From contig OX597821.1 of the NCBI GenBank assembly GCA_951406725.2, forward strand, positions 55,862,001 to 55,926,000: DNA of 64,000 nt, written 5' to 3'. The notes beneath the pieces were generated by a model. The model ran no database searches. It was given only the letters and a program-made list of their open reading frames with translations, and had not been told where the DNA came from. The DNA is from Octopus vulgaris. Lineage: Eukaryota. Shown piece by piece: positions 1 through 13,913 of the stretch; position 1 is the stretch's first letter, and the number at the start of each line of letters is the position of its first letter. A program made the position numbers and the translations under genes.

Positions 1-362
1 ATGATTGTTGAAATCAGTGCAGATAGCTTGTGAATGTCGTCTGGACATCATTTGCTCAACAACAGTAAACAAAAATATAGATATGTAAACCTGATGCTGA
101 AAAGTGAAGAGAACAACATCCTATACGTCGACAGGCTCCTCAGAAAGTGCTTTCTTCCTGACAACCTCCCATACAACCCCCAAACAGCTGGACTAACAAA
201 CCTCAAAGAAGGTTCAGCATACCATGAGTATGTTTCCTAAAGACTCGAAGAAGACAGTAATATTGTTATGAAGTGAAGCCTCTCACTGACTAGTAACTGC
301 TACTTCATATCACACTTCGAATACTATAGCTTTGCAGTCCAAGTGCAACATGAATAAAGGAG

Positions 363-796
363 ATAAATAGAGAATACCAAATGAGTTCCCTATGGATACC
401 GTATTTATTACAACGAGTGGCTTGTAAACGTATCTAACGAGCGAAAGCGAGTTAGATACGTTTACACGAGTTGTAATAAATACGAGTTGTAATAAATACG
501 GTATCCATAGGGAACTCGTTTGGTATTTTATTTATTACACACGAATAAACGACCATATTTTATTAACCCAATAACTAAATTCTTCACGTTTAGTTGTAAC
601 TTATGAATGACAAAAGTAGTGCCGTCACCGTGACCACGGGTCATCACCATGAATTGACCAATCAGAAGCAGCGCTGTTACCGTGACCTCGGGTTATCTCC
701 ATGGATTGACCAATCAGAAGCAGCGCTCGCAGTATCTGACATATGTTAGATACCAAAAATATCTCAAAGTGTTCTCACTCACATGTGTGTAATAAA
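363..796. mobile_element. Non-autonomous palindromic (cruciform-type) element, family unassigned
   Basis: Inverted repeat 373-527 centred on gc-GAAA-gc (441-448); second IR pair tttattacacac 531-542 / gtgtgtaataaa 785-796; 52-bp-period direct repeats 627-675 and 679-727, each containing ttgaccaatcag. Confidence 0.5.
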
Positions 797-1257
797 CGTA
801 TGTATCACCATTGTGGTTGTTTGGAATACTAGATGTTCCAAGTGAAACTGCATGCTTAACGGCGATGGATCATCAGTAAATTCTTTATTGTATTATGTTA
901 CAGTGAACTATCACAATTTCTCCTAACATTGGCTCTTTATATCAATAACTAGTATTTGCTTCATTATAAATGTATTGGAACTGTTGCTATGATAACAGAT
1001 CTAAAGAACACTAAGGAAATCCAAGAGAAAGCAACGAGGCAGATGTTCATAAAAACCCACAAAAGGAGTTCCAGGAATGCTCCCATGAAAGGCATACAGT
1101 GTGTGGATAAAGTGTGTGGCTTCAAAAGGGGACTACTACGAAGGAGATTAAATGCCGAATTGATATGTGTCGTAGTTTTCTTTTTATAGCACCAGTCCTG
1201 ATACTTTTTGATCAGACTTCACGCTGGAAGCAGATACACTACATAAGTGGGTGTGTT

Positions 1258-1261
<4 letters not shown>

Positions 1262-1332
<71 letters not shown>
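1262..1332. repeat. (TG)n microsatellite
   Basis: Direct reading. Confidence 0.98.
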
Positions 1333-1333
<1 letters not shown>

Positions 1334-1389
1334 TGAAAGCAGATCGGACGAAAACAGACTCCATGATTGCTGAATAGCGCAAATGTGGT

Positions 1390-1735
1390 TTTTCAGTCCT
1401 GCTAGCAACTGACCCTCTTTCGCAAAGACATGGCAATGATGGGCGTTTCTTTCGGTAGGTATTAAAATATTGTTGTTTTGAACCTTCATAAGCAGTTTCC
1501 TTCCTCCTCATAACGTACATTATTTTCCACATGGCAAGTGAAATAGATTCTGTTGATATGTTTTAATAATGGATTGTGCCAGGTGATATATCAAAGACAG
1601 TGTATTCACCAAGGTTGTGTGTCTGTCATAGGCAAGAAATTGATCCAGGTAATATGTTATCGAGAATGAACTGACCCACGATATGTATTTTAGACATTTG
1701 TCATATGATAGATGCAATAGTCAACGAATCGAGCT
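1390..1735 (-). repeat. Dispersed repeat, inverted copy of 5075-5530
   Basis: 1543-1705 is the reverse complement of about 5075-5220 (shared RHTTLVNTLSLIYHLAQSI translation); 1390-1530 matches 5390-5530. Confidence 0.85.
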
Positions 1736-3324
1736 TGGTGTTGTGTTATGTACAATAGACTAAATTAATCAATATATTTTTTTATCAATGTACCCTTTTA
1801 CAATTTTCCGATTCTTATTCTTTCCCTGATGTATTTCTCTTCAAATGTTTCAATGTTGAGACATTGTACTGTTTTTGTTTAGATATTATTTTTTCATATA
1901 TAAAAACCTTGCTTTTGTTTTTGTTGTTGTTACTGTTTTCCTTTCAAAAAAATTCGTCAGAATGCATTATCACTTTATGATATGAAAATCAATAGTAAAA
2001 TTAATTTCGCGTTACGTCAAGTTTTTCCGGCTTGCATCACTCCAGGTAGAGCCTGTTGATATCATTACTTCTATGGAAGTTTCTAGTCGATGTCAGGACC
2101 TTGGAAGCCTTCGATTCATCATTATCTCCCTCCACGATAATCAAATGTGAACCATACTGGGTAAGATCCACATAATAAAACTTTACTACTACAACTGCAC
2201 GCCAAAAACATCCCATATTGTATCCAAACGAAGGCCATTCTGCTGATTGACAGTAATTTGCTGAATTTGCTGATCAAAGTTTAAAATTCGTTTTCACTAT
2301 CATTGCTTCCATAATAATAAAGACCTGATTTAATATATGGTCGTATCTTACTTCTTCAATACTGTAATAGCTTTCATTGGTGTTGCGTTCCTAAGCTTGT
2401 CAATGCTTCTGCAGTTAAGTGTCTTTTAATTTTTGCTTATATCGTAATTGTTGTTTCAGTGATAGATCATGCGCTATACTTTCGGGTGATGGAAATTAAG
2501 TTCACAATAATAATGACAGTGATTGTTTTGAAACTAATGGATTTGTTAATAATTGTAGGGTATCGGTAGTGTTTGTGATAATATAATTGAGGAAGAAGGT
2601 TGTGTTACTATTGAAGAAATTGTTACACAAAGTGGATTGCATTCAGCTACTAGCTCATAGACGTGTTTCCTCCTATTTTCCCTGCTACTGTTGAAATAAC
2701 AGACTCTGTTCCTATGAGCTAGTTACTCGTATACCTTCTCCACCCATTAGTAAATTTGACTAAATATTTTCTTTCCATTAAACGAACTTGGACATACATT
2801 CTTTTCTAGTCATCAGTGAAACAGAGTTCGATAAAAAGAAAGTGAGATTGGAAATCGTAAAGTTCACTTAGAGATTCTACAATATTCGTCGTATATCCAT
2901 AAAATATCATGCATACATTTGCACATGCATGCAAACATAGAAACAACTAATACAGGTTTTCCATATACATCGCAGTACGCTCTTCAAAATCAATTACTTA
3001 AAGTGTTAATGCATACAGTTTAATCATGAGGATATTGATAAAATAAAACTAAAGATTTCCCACAATTCTCAATTGATTTGTTCATACTTCATTAATTAAA
3101 ATAGCAGTTACTATTTTGAATTAACAATTAAATTTCTAATCCGTCCATGATCATTAAATGTCACTAGCAAAAAGAAAGAACGAGCTGGGTAAAACCTTTG
3201 CTCCAGCTTATTATATCATAATAAACATTAACATATCAAAGAACAATTTATGCACGGTATCTAATAGATTGGTTACAAACGAAAACATTATACATTAATA
3301 CAAATATTAACTTTTATCTAAAAT

Positions 3325-3486
3325 CAGGAGTGGCTGTGTGGTAAGTAGCTTGTTTACCAGCCACATGGTTCCGGGTTCAGTCCCACTGCGTGGCACCTTG
3401 GGCAAGTGTCTTTTACTATAGCCTCGGGCCGACCAAAGCCTTGTGAGTGGATTTTGTAGACGGAAACTGAAAAGAAGCCCGTCGTA

Positions 3487-3526
<40 letters not shown>

Positions 3527-3744
3527 TGTGTGTGTTTGTGTGTCTGTGTTTGTCCCCCTAGCATTGCTTGACAACCGATGCTGGTGTATTTATGTCCCCG
3601 TAACTTAGCGGTTCGGCAAAAGAGACCGATAGAATAAGTACTGGGCTTACAAAAAGAATAAGTCCCGGGGGTCGAATTGCTCAATTAAAGGCGGTGCTCC
3701 AGCATGGCCGCAGTCAAATGACTGAAACAAGTAAAAGAGTAAAA
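3325..3744 (+). mobile_element. tRNA-derived SINE, family A
   Basis: A-box-like tggctgtgtggtaag, B-box-like ggttcagtccc, CORE-like ccttgggcaagt, internal (TA)n(TG)n, conserved 3' part ending gactgaaacaagtaaaag; seven or more copies in the window. Confidence 0.92.
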
Positions 3745-4329
3745 TGCGATATATGTGAATATAATCGAATGTATAGACCTTAATATATAACAGGTACTTG
3801 TTAAACCAGAAGTATGAAAGACAAAGTTGACTGTCGACATATGATGTCATAACCGAAAGTGATATAACTAAATACAAAGCAATGTATCTGACTCTCTATC
3901 AATTCTACCAATTCAACTACAGGCTTTTAACTTCCAAACAATTATACTTAGAAACAATTGTAGTAGCTACACGGTAGAAAGCAAGCCGTAAAACATTAAA
4001 GTTTGTATGAGTTGTAAACGTCAAAGTTAAATTTCTATGCAGGGCAAGGATGTGTGATTACAATGTTTACTTTGCATTCACGTGGTTTCACATCTGTGCC
4101 AATTACTTTTTTATACGATATTTTCAGATCGCCTAAAGCCTTATAAGAGGAGTTTGTTTGCAGATAATCTGTGTGGCAGAAGCGTCTATATGACTATGAC
4201 AGACGCTTTATCAATGCGTGATGAAAAACAACTCTAGAGACAAATTTCAACCCTGATCCAAAAAAATACAACTAATCATTGTAAAACAATTTACTTTGAT
4301 ATTTATTCATTTATGTACGGAATAATTCC

Positions 4330-5240
4330 AGGGCTCATTAATTGTCTACCACACAGCTCACGAAACGTTGCTAATGATACCTCTCCTCACTCAATTCATT
4401 GTCTCCTACACCTATTAGATCATTGAACTACCTATGAAATATCTCAGTCAATTCATTCCGTATAACAAATATTCCAGGACAATTTATTACCTCTAATACA
4501 TCACCTAGTTCAATATATCGTCTCAGGTAAAGTTCTCGGATCAATTCATTGTCTAAAACATATACACTGGGTCAATTAATTGCCCATAACTCAGTAGCCG
4601 GATCAATTCAGCACCTATAACACTTCTAAGGCCATTCATTTTCTATAACACATATCATGGGCCAGTTAATGATCTGTAACACATCGCCTGAGTCAATAGA
4701 TTGTCTATAATACATTTATGTTATTGTTTATAACATATATTCTGAGTAAATGATTCCATTGCGCTTCTAATGGTAGTTCTTCAGATGCTGGAATGGTGGC
4801 TAAAAGTCTTGTGCATAGTAGTGATGGGTGACTCTCTTGTTTATTCGTCATATTACAATGAGGCTTAGCAAATGATTCTGCAGTGTCAGTGAGGGAGGAG
4901 TATAAGTGTGAGAAGTTGTATATACAAGGCTATAACTTCAGAGATGGAGGATGTCTTACAGTGACATAGTGAGAACTCAAGGAACTCAAATTACTGATGC
5001 TGTTTGGATGGGTTGAGGTGTGTGACAGAGATAGCAGATGAATTAGATGAAGTAGATTATAGCACGTATTATGTGACAAATACATATCGTGGGTCAGTTC
5101 ATTCTCGATAACATATTACCTGGATCAATTTCTTTCCTTCGACACACAACGTTGGTGAATACACTGTCTTTGATATACCACCTGGCACAATCCATTGTTA
5201 AAACATACCACCAGAATCTAGTCATTGTATATAACACAGC
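4330..5240 (+). repeat. Degenerate ~30-31-bp minisatellite interrupted by an insertion
   Basis: Recurring ggatcaattcattgtctataacacata-like units at 4330-4750 that resume at 5080-5240. Confidence 0.7.
4748..5047 (-). repeat. Dispersed repeat, inverted copy of 6431-6720
   Basis: About 290 bp of high-identity reverse-complement match to 6431-6720. Confidence 0.9.
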
Positions 5241-6430
5241 TGCTGCTGCTGACGCAAACCCCAATTTAGTATGTAATAAGTATGGACGTGCCCGTCTAAG
5301 TAAAGCATGCTCTGGAAATCATCAGAGAAAACAACACACACACAAGGAAGCTAACTATGCATTATTCGACATCTCTACTTGCGGATCTTGTGGAAAAGTA
5401 TGTTCGTTAGGAGGCGGACGGAAACTACTTATGAAGGTTAAACAAGACAATACTGTAACACCTACGGAAAAGACGTCCATCTTTGCTACGTCTATGCAAT
5501 AGAGAGTAAGTTCCTAGCAAGACTGAAAATGTAGCAGAAAATAACAGAGATGAGTAACTTGAGTAAAACTTGATTTTGCGTTCAGGTATATTGGATTATA
5601 TTTAGTTGAAAATGACGTGTGGGCGAATCTTAATGGTCAAGTGAATGAAGTAACATTAGATTATGAGAGCATAGGATTAGACTTAGCTGTTGGAGTTTGA
5701 GAAATATATTGCCTTTAGATCCGTTGAGTATATGAACTTGCATCAACCGGAATAATGTTAAGCTGTTTTCTGTAGGACATGCAGTGGATTAAGTTGGAGG
5801 TGCATTGAATTGTAGGTTGGATTTAGTGAGAGTTAAAGTTGCTTACATAGAATGGTGAATGGAAATTTAATTAGATAGATTGTGAAAACATTACAGCGAT
5901 TTATATTCTATAGTTTGTGAATATATAATATTTAAAAAGTATTTACCGGAGGATTTGGAGTTTGGATGTTAATAAATGCCATATGCACTAATGGAATATA
6001 AATAAGAATCATTTCGTCAAGGAAATCGTTTGATACGACATCAGTATCAAATCAAAAATCACAATTCAATCATTGCATAAAAGGAAATTACGGAATATTA
6101 TATTTCAAAGTAGAATCGTATTAGGTTCCAATTATTATATGAAAATTGAGCTGTCTAAAACTGTTTATTTGTTTATACAGGTGCATAAGTTAGTAGTACG
6201 GTCTACATGAGAGTTAAGCTTGTTCTGTATACGTAAGCATGTATGTGATATACAATCTGTGTGAGCATCAACTATTTCGTGTATGTATATTAACAGGTTT
6301 TGTGAGTGTAAATGTAAATGAACGAAAGAAAGCCTCTGCCTGTTGCACGCACGTGTGTGCATTCGTGGAAAATATGTGAGTATATAGCCATGCATTGAGA
6401 TTCGAGCTCAAAATCATAATCCTCTGATCC

Positions 6431-6720
6431 TCTAATTCATCCGCTATCTCTGTCACACACCTCAACCCATCCAAACAGCATCAGTAACTTGATTTCCTCG
6501 AGTTCTCACTTTGTCACTGTAAGACATCCTCCCTCTCTGAAGTATTGTATATACAACTTCTCACACTTATACTCCTCCCTCACTGACACTGCAGAATCAT
6601 TTGCTAAGCCTCATTGTAATATGACGAATGAACAGGAGAGAGTCACCCATTACTACTATTCACAAGGCCACCACTCCAGCACTTGAAGAACTACCATTAG
6701 GAGCGCAATGGAATCATTTA
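6431..6720 (+). repeat. Dispersed repeat, partner of 4748-5047
   Basis: Reverse-complement match to 4748-5047. Confidence 0.9.
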
Positions 6721-6779
6721 CACGTCGATTGGCTTCGAAGCACTCACGCCTAGCCAGAAGCAGAGATTTCGTATGCCTC

Positions 6780-7410
6780 AAAAATTCTCCAATTTCATGG
6801 AAACTTTCAGACTGTAAGGAATCGTTATATAAACACGTTATGAGCAATTAGACTAGAATTGATTAGGTTTAGTAAGGAAATAACGATAGAAAGGAACAGA
6901 ATAAAGCCAAACTTAGAAACTTAGAAGAGGCGCTTCTAAAAGGCATCGCAGCGAGATTGGCCAGGACCAATTCTTCAACACTAAGCACGAAGGATACATT
7001 GTCAGAACTAAGGTGCGTGATCTAGAAAATGGGGGAAAGAAAACTGCTTGATGAGCCCGAGTGACAGAGGTGCAACGTAGCATGAAGGCCACAATTCGGT
7101 CTTTGGTGGATCAAGAAGGGCACACTGTACTTGAGCCTGAGCAGATGTGTGCGGCATTTCAGCATCAATTCGCTCAACTGTTTGGGACGAAATACAGGCC
7201 GGACGCAGGATGAACTCCAGGGCCTATCACGACGATATGCCACGACTCTCGGCAAGAGAGGGTGGAGCGTTGTGAAATGCCAATAACAGCCACGGAAATA
7301 CAGAATTCGATGATGGGCTGCACAGGGGGAAAATCATCTGGTTTAGATGATTGCCCTACATGTCAGACTTGTGTGGCGGCTTCTTAGCAGATATCTATTG
7401 CAACTGGTAA
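6780..7410 (+). mobile_element. Degraded L1/Tx1-like LINE ORF2 fragment
   Basis: GC-richer coding-like stretch with GKSSGLD (K-S-P-G-x-D-G-like) at about 7327-7350 just before where RT would begin; frameshifts and stops. Confidence 0.45.
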
Positions 7411-7844
7411 CATAGCGGGGGGAATGCTTGGGAATGTGGGTTCGAGTCCCATGCCTGTTTGCTGACATTTTTTCTCGCCTTGTATAGGTAGTTTACCCAG
7501 TATTTCTGATATCCTAACAGCATTTCTGCATTCGAAAAAATTATCTTTTTCTTGTTTGTGTTGTGCAATAAATAAATATATATATATATTGCATTGTTTA
7601 TACCTTTTATTCTTTTGAATAGTATCAGTGGAATTTTCGAAACATATGTAGAAAGTAAAAATACTTGTTTAAACCTGCGTTAACTCCATTTTTTATTCAT
7701 ATTATTCAAAATATTCAACGTAAACACGAAGTTTCAACCTTTATAAACAAGGAGTTACAACATCTTTACTTGTGAGATTTTTGCTGCCCTGGTAACTATT
7801 TATTTATTTATCCGTGTTAATTGTTAACAAGGTATAATACACTC

Positions 7845-7895
<51 letters not shown>

Positions 7896-7941
7896 GACGT
7901 TCCTGAATATATGCATCCATATATATCTGCATATATACATG

Positions 7942-7975
<34 letters not shown>

Positions 7976-8495
7976 TGTATGTATGTATGTATGTATGTAT
8001 GTATACATACAATATTTTTACCCTTGTTAGTGACAGAAGTAGGAGCAGAAAATGTTGCAGCAGTAGTAGTAGGCTCTGTAAAAAATTGTAATTCAAACAA
8101 ATATTCTAACAATAATACATTTCTCATATTTTTCTGGGAAATTTCGAGTGAATATGTTTTTAATTCCAAAGGCAATAAACTCATTGAGTTTTAAGTCAAA
8201 AAAACAAATAAACGAATCTATTTCTAAACCATTGTGCGCAACATCAAACATTAATTTCTCTCCAGAAATATATAAATAGACATTATTTCTCCCGTAACTT
8301 TTACCAACCTTTTATATAATCCCTTGAGAATCCATTTGCAATTTTATCACTTAGTTTACTCTTCAGAACAATCTACTTTTGAATATTTCTCGTGAAATTA
8401 CAAAAGAACGGCTTTCGGGGCTGTATTATATCAAAACCAATGATGTGTAATTCTTCGATAAAGTATATACGAAAGCTTTGTGGGGGTAGGGGTGC

Positions 8496-8528
<33 letters not shown>

Positions 8529-8854
8529 GCTGTGTCTGTGTCTGTGTGCGTGTGTGCGTGTGTGTTCAGGAATTTTGTATACCATGCAATCTGCTCTGAA
8601 TTTAAGTGGTTAATAATTTTAATAATCTATAAGTCTTACTTTAGATAAATGTCATTTTCTTCATAACATTTATTTCACTCAATTGTCATGATTCATAAAT
8701 TGTACCCATATGCGTATGTATGTGTGTGCGCGCGCGAGTGTGTGTACCTATATATTTATATATGCTATTTATATATTTATATATACTCTATATATAATAT
8801 ATCAATAAATATATATATAAATATAATTTTTTCATCACCATCATCGTTATTGTT

Positions 8855-8886
<32 letters not shown>

Positions 8887-8918
8887 TGTATGTATGTATG
8901 TATGTATGTATGTGTATA

Positions 8919-9312
8919 GGCGTAGGCGTGATTGTGTGGTAAGAAGCTTGCTTCCCAATCACATGGTTCCGGGTTCAGTCCTACTGCGTAGCAACTTGGG
9001 CAAGTGTCTTCTACTATAGCCTCGGTCCAACCAAAGCCTTGTGAGTGGATTTGGTAGACGAAAACTGAAAGAAGCTTGTCGTATATGTGTGTGTGTCTTT
9101 GTGTTTGTGTTTATCTCATCACCGCTTGATACCCAGTATTGATGTATTTACGTCCCTGTAACTTAGTGGTTCAGCAAAATGGACCGATAGAATAAGTACC
9201 AGGTTTTAAAAAACAAGTCCTGAGGTCGATTTGTTCGTCTAAAACCTTTCAAGGCAGTTCTCTAACATGGCCGCAGTCAAATGACTGAAGTAAGTAAATG
9301 AATAAAAGAAAA
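8919..9312 (+). mobile_element. tRNA-derived SINE, family A
   Basis: Colinear with the 3325-3744 copy. Confidence 0.92.
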
Positions 9313-9320
9313 TATTACAA

Positions 9321-10576
9321 TATATTGGCTTTTTTATACTTCTTTTATTCTTAAAAATTAAGATAAGCAAAGTTCTTTTTTTAATCTAAAATATACTCTT
9401 TTGTATCTTCTGCAACGCTCTTCCATCAATTTGGTAGGCTTGACATGACCCTCTTTCAAAATTCACTTGTACGTGACGAAAAATACTCCTCCAGTAGTTC
9501 TGACCTCGTCTAAAGAAATCATATTTTTTCCGTCCAAATGATTTTGAAGAGTGAGGAATAAATGATAATCAGATGGGGGTAATGTCACGCGAATATGGTG
9601 GGTGGGGCATTGCTTCTCATTCAAACTGCTCCAGCCTTTGCAATGTCATCTTCGCCGTAGGTGGCTGAGCATTGTCCTAATGGAAGAACGCCTTTCGTCT
9701 TCAAAACAAAGATGGTTGTTTTTCTTGTAGCGCTGACTTCAGTAGATCTCCTTTGTTATCACAGTAGATCTCTTTTGTTATCGCTTGGTTTCGGTTTAAA
9801 TTTTCAAATTGGACTAAACCTTTCATACTCCACTAAATAGATAACAACTCTTTACGTAGGTAAAGATCTTTAGCCTGCGGTGCAGGTATTTCTCCTTTCT
9901 CTACTCACTGTCTTCGGCGCTTGACATTTTTATAGTGAACCTATTTCTCACCACTACTTACTATTCGGGCCAAATAAGGTTCAGTCTTGAGACATTGTAG
10001 CAGAGAAGAGCGCACCTTCACTGTCAGCACGCGATTAGACTAAGAATGTTTGTGAGGAACCTATTGACCCAATTTGCTGACTTTTCCGATGGCACGCAGG
10101 TGTCGATGTATGGTTGAGTGACCAAATCCAAGCTTCTTTGTTAGTTCCTCAAGAGTTACAATGGGACTTTGTTCCACCAGGGTTTACAGGGCGTCCTCGT
10201 CGAGCTCTACAGACCTTCCAGGACGAGACTCGGATTCTAGGCTGTAGGTTCCGGCTCAGAATTTCTGGAACCACCGTTCACACTGGCTTACGCTTATTGT
10301 CCGATTCCCATAAACTGCATTAATATACCTCGCCCTTTCCGTCGCGTTGTTACCCTTATTGAACTCATAAAGTAAAATATGTCGAATATACTCCTTTGTC
10401 ACTTCCATTATAGCCTTGAAAAAAACAACTGTTAAAATCGAACTGCACTCTTCAAAACTTGTACTAAGAATAAGTGCATTTACAGCAAGTTGACGTGGGT
10501 AGTTTATCCCGACCCTTTCCGACTTTTATTTCATGCAATTGAAAACACCGAATTATGTATGGGATGAGCCAATATA
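9321..10576 (-). mobile_element. Decayed mariner transposon (about 1.25 kb)
   Basis: Minus-strand translation FH*DNAQPPT...PHPPYSRDITPSDYHLF...QNHLDGK matches mariner HDNARPH and YSPDLAPSDYHLF motifs; TIR remnant tatattggct 9321-9330 / agccaatata 10567-10576. Confidence 0.85.
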
Positions 10577-11059
10577 TAAACGAAACATTGTACAAGGAAC
10601 ATATTTGATATAGTAAAATTTGACAATAAACGTTAAATATGTATGTTTTGCGTGTTCATGTCAATCCTCTCAGCGCACTGTATGCTTTTAATTGATAAGG
10701 AAAGTTACCCGCCCTCTCTTTCCTTCTCTAAATACATATATACACATATATACAAACATTTACATAGGAAGCACATTTGCACACACGTCGACATACACAC
10801 GTACACACAAACAAATACCCTTGCATACATACAATCACAGTCACACGGACACGCGAACTGAAACTTAATAATTCAACAAATATACAGAGAGAACACTGTG
10901 TAACATTTGGGCGGGGGGGGTTCTTTGGTCAGTTATTTCCTATTTGCTTCTATCTAGAAATCGAAGGAAATGACTACTATTCCCTCCAAACTTTAATTTG
11001 TGACCTGGACATCAATGTTTTGAAACTAACCTATTTTCCATTACATTTCAGATGGATTC

Positions 11060-11250
11060 TCAAGCAGAAATATCGTCAAAGCAAATATTCTGCTCAATAC
11101 CACAGATTTGCTTGATAGTTGCTTGACCTTAACCACTTTTGCATGTACCTTATTGGCTGACAATATGTGCATCTCTGATCATGAGAAAGAGTAGTGGGGG
11201 AAGAGCATCATAACCATGTGTTGTGAGGAATTCCTTGGGATTTGGATAAA
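11060..11250 (+). mobile_element. Fragment of the repeat at 36781-37150
   Basis: Shares tggctgac-atatgt-catctctgatcatgag...gtgttg...ggaattc...tttggataa with 36781-36870. Confidence 0.7.
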
Positions 11251-12969
11251 TGTAAGAAAAGCAAAGTTTTAAGGAAATTTTTCATACTTTCTAGGGTAAA
11301 CAAATAAGAAATAACAGTTGCTACCCAAGGACAAAAGTCGTGTTACACTGTGCAATATAACCACTAGATTGGACAAAGTAATGGTGTTCGAAATGATCAG
11401 CCAAACCCTTCCTGGTGGTATTCTATAATAGCTGTAACCAGTGAACTGATGCTGGGTACCGCATATATTTTTACATTTTTTGACTGGCTTCAGGCAACTA
11501 TCTATACCTAGGTGAAAGATATTAACAATTTCTTGAATATCTAATTCAGATGTTACATTAGAAGACTGCATATATCTAAGGTGCTTTTAGTTTTGGCTTT
11601 CCATTTCTGATAACTGTATTCAGTGGAGGTAACGATCAATTATTATGGCAAGGACTGCGGATAGAAATGTGGAGAATACATTTACAGTAACAATACATCC
11701 CATTCTTTGCTCTCAAACACTCAATACCTCTGTCATTGCTTCACAGCGTTAGTCGAATAAAGGTGATATTTCTCTTTCTTTTCTTCCAGAGAATATCCAA
11801 GCATAAATCTTTCTACGAGATAGAAATCACATTTATATGTCTAATATTGTCATGGTTAACAATTCATTTCAGAGTATTCTTGTCAAAGCCTTCCGGAGAA
11901 TGAATAGTAGACCGATGTGTTTACGAGTTCCTCAACCCTTCCTGTAAGCAGTTGCAACTCTAAATCATCTATGAAGTCGGTTTAGTTTTCGCTATACCGT
12001 GCTAAACTATGTGAATATGGTAACAGTGAATATAGAAAGCAATATTTAATTGTCATTGCTTGTAGTGGTTAGATGATGAATTGTATAAGAATCATTATTA
12101 CCATAAGAAACTCGTTCAATTGATAAAAAGTGAAAACGAATTCGCTGCAAAAATATAAAGCCAATATTATATCAAATAACAGAAAATATGTCGAAAGTTG
12201 TTATAAGTAGCCGCGGGTAATATATAAATTTAATTGATAACGTGATGAATGAAAATTCTGTAATGTATAATACATTGAATACATGACTTCCTTCAGGCGT
12301 TTTACCATGCATTTAAAACGTCGAAACGGTTGATAATGCAAGCCATTTGTTTATAAGTCTGGTTGCTCGGATTCTGTGGTGAGTATATTACTCCTCCTTT
12401 TGATAGGACGCCGGTCCGCCAAAGGATATTTGTAGGCCGAGTGGCATGACGCAATTCCAGTTCTAATGATTTGAAAGGACATAACTCTTATCTCCCTTCC
12501 TTCCAAACCTTTTTTTTTCTTTTCTTCTCGTAATGTCTCACTCTTTCTCGCTTTTTCTCGGAAAGCCGACATGCTTTTTTGGGCAGGAAAGATTGCAGGA
12601 AAGTACACAGGACGCTATACAAGTTTGTCCGATTAATTCCGATCGAAATAGGAAACTTATTGTAGCTCACAATTTAATCTTGCTATTTCTTTAAGTATAA
12701 GTACAAGCTGAGTCAACAGAGAGGAGTTGCAGGATCAAATTTTCAGACAGTCTAAATGCACAAGTTTCCGATATCCAGTCGCTAAAAACTGTCAGCAGAT
12801 GGGTACCCAGCGGTCACGACCTGGATGCTGCTTCCTCCCATCCACCTCCCACTCGTCCTTAGAGTGTAAGAATCTAAGGACCGAAACACTTGCTTTAGTG
12901 ATGGTCCTTTTCTGGAAACCTTCTGCTGTTCAATTCTCTTGAGATTTTTTTTACATGCTTACATATATA

Positions 12970-13039
<70 letters not shown>

Positions 13040-13040
13040 C

Positions 13041-13075
<35 letters not shown>

Positions 13076-13168
13076 ATGGTCAGGTACGTGTTTCGATCGT
13101 ACCGGCTGCATATTGTTGCATAGTCATATGCTCTGATTTATATATTATTAGTACGATCTCTTCAGGGC
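13076..13168 (-). ncRNA. Hammerhead ribozyme-like motif with degenerate stem III
   Basis: Minus strand: CUGAAGA, perfect 8-bp stem II gatcgtac/gtacgatc, GAAAC; cleavage-site region imperfect. Confidence 0.55.
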
Positions 13169-13569
13169 ATAAAAGTAAGACATTTTCCCAAGAGGAATTT
13201 TCCTCTGCTATTCGTTTAAGTTAAGTTTGGTTATAGCAAAACCATAATATTCTTCTGTGACATTCTTCTGTGAGATTTTTATACACACACAAACATATAT
13301 TTATGTGTGTGTGTGTATGTATATATATATATATAAGTAATACTAAGTAATTAAGGCGCAGGATACTACAATTGTGAATAATTGTATATTAAATTTTGAG
13401 ATACTAGAATGCGTCATCTCAACTCAGTGTCAGAGCGAGCCAAAGCATGACCAGTACCACGAAATTCAAAGTTTGAATGAAAGTTTGTGTCACCAGCCCC
13501 CTTCCACCCGCGTGTAGCCAAGACAAAATGCTGTGGTCATTTACGGAGATAAAATATGGTTATCAGTAA

Positions 13570-13878
13570 TAATAAAAGGGTGAAAATTAATTAGTTAGGG
13601 ATAATTATCAATTACACCAAGTAGATTTCGGTATGTAAAAGCCCCATTCGAGGAAAATTTAAGTAATACTAAGTAATTAAGGGTTTAGCAACGAATTGCC
13701 TCACCAACACACCGAATTTAGAAATAGCAGTCAAAGAGATATAGCTATTCCTTCTACTAAAAGGGGGATCTCAGTAAAAACACAGCACTTAAAAGGCAAA
13801 CACAGACAGGTAAGAAAGAAAGAATGAAATGACGGCAATCCATCATGCAATTTTAAGTTACCTACGGACGTACGTTTC

Positions 13879-13880
<2 letters not shown>
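13570..13880 (-). mobile_element. Penelope-like terminal (pLTR) fragment
   Basis: Contains the 3' half of a hammerhead on the minus strand (GAAAC-GTAC-GTC, about 13866-13879) and abuts (TA)n; 22-bp internal duplication aagtaatactaagtaattaagg at about 13335 and 13660. Confidence 0.5.

Positions 13881-13913
<33 letters not shown>

Noticed and set aside
425-465. gcgaaagcga hairpin resembling the hammerhead stem II at 16551
   Set aside because: No NUGANNA core or GAAA/UH arrangement; it is the tip of a DNA palindrome
11270-12000. Possible hAT transposase C-terminal relic on the minus strand (ELDIQEIVNIF)
   Set aside because: Similarity is too weak to support without a search
12295-12332. Hairpin followed by gaaacggt
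   Set aside because: No core or stem I; insufficient for a hammerhead call
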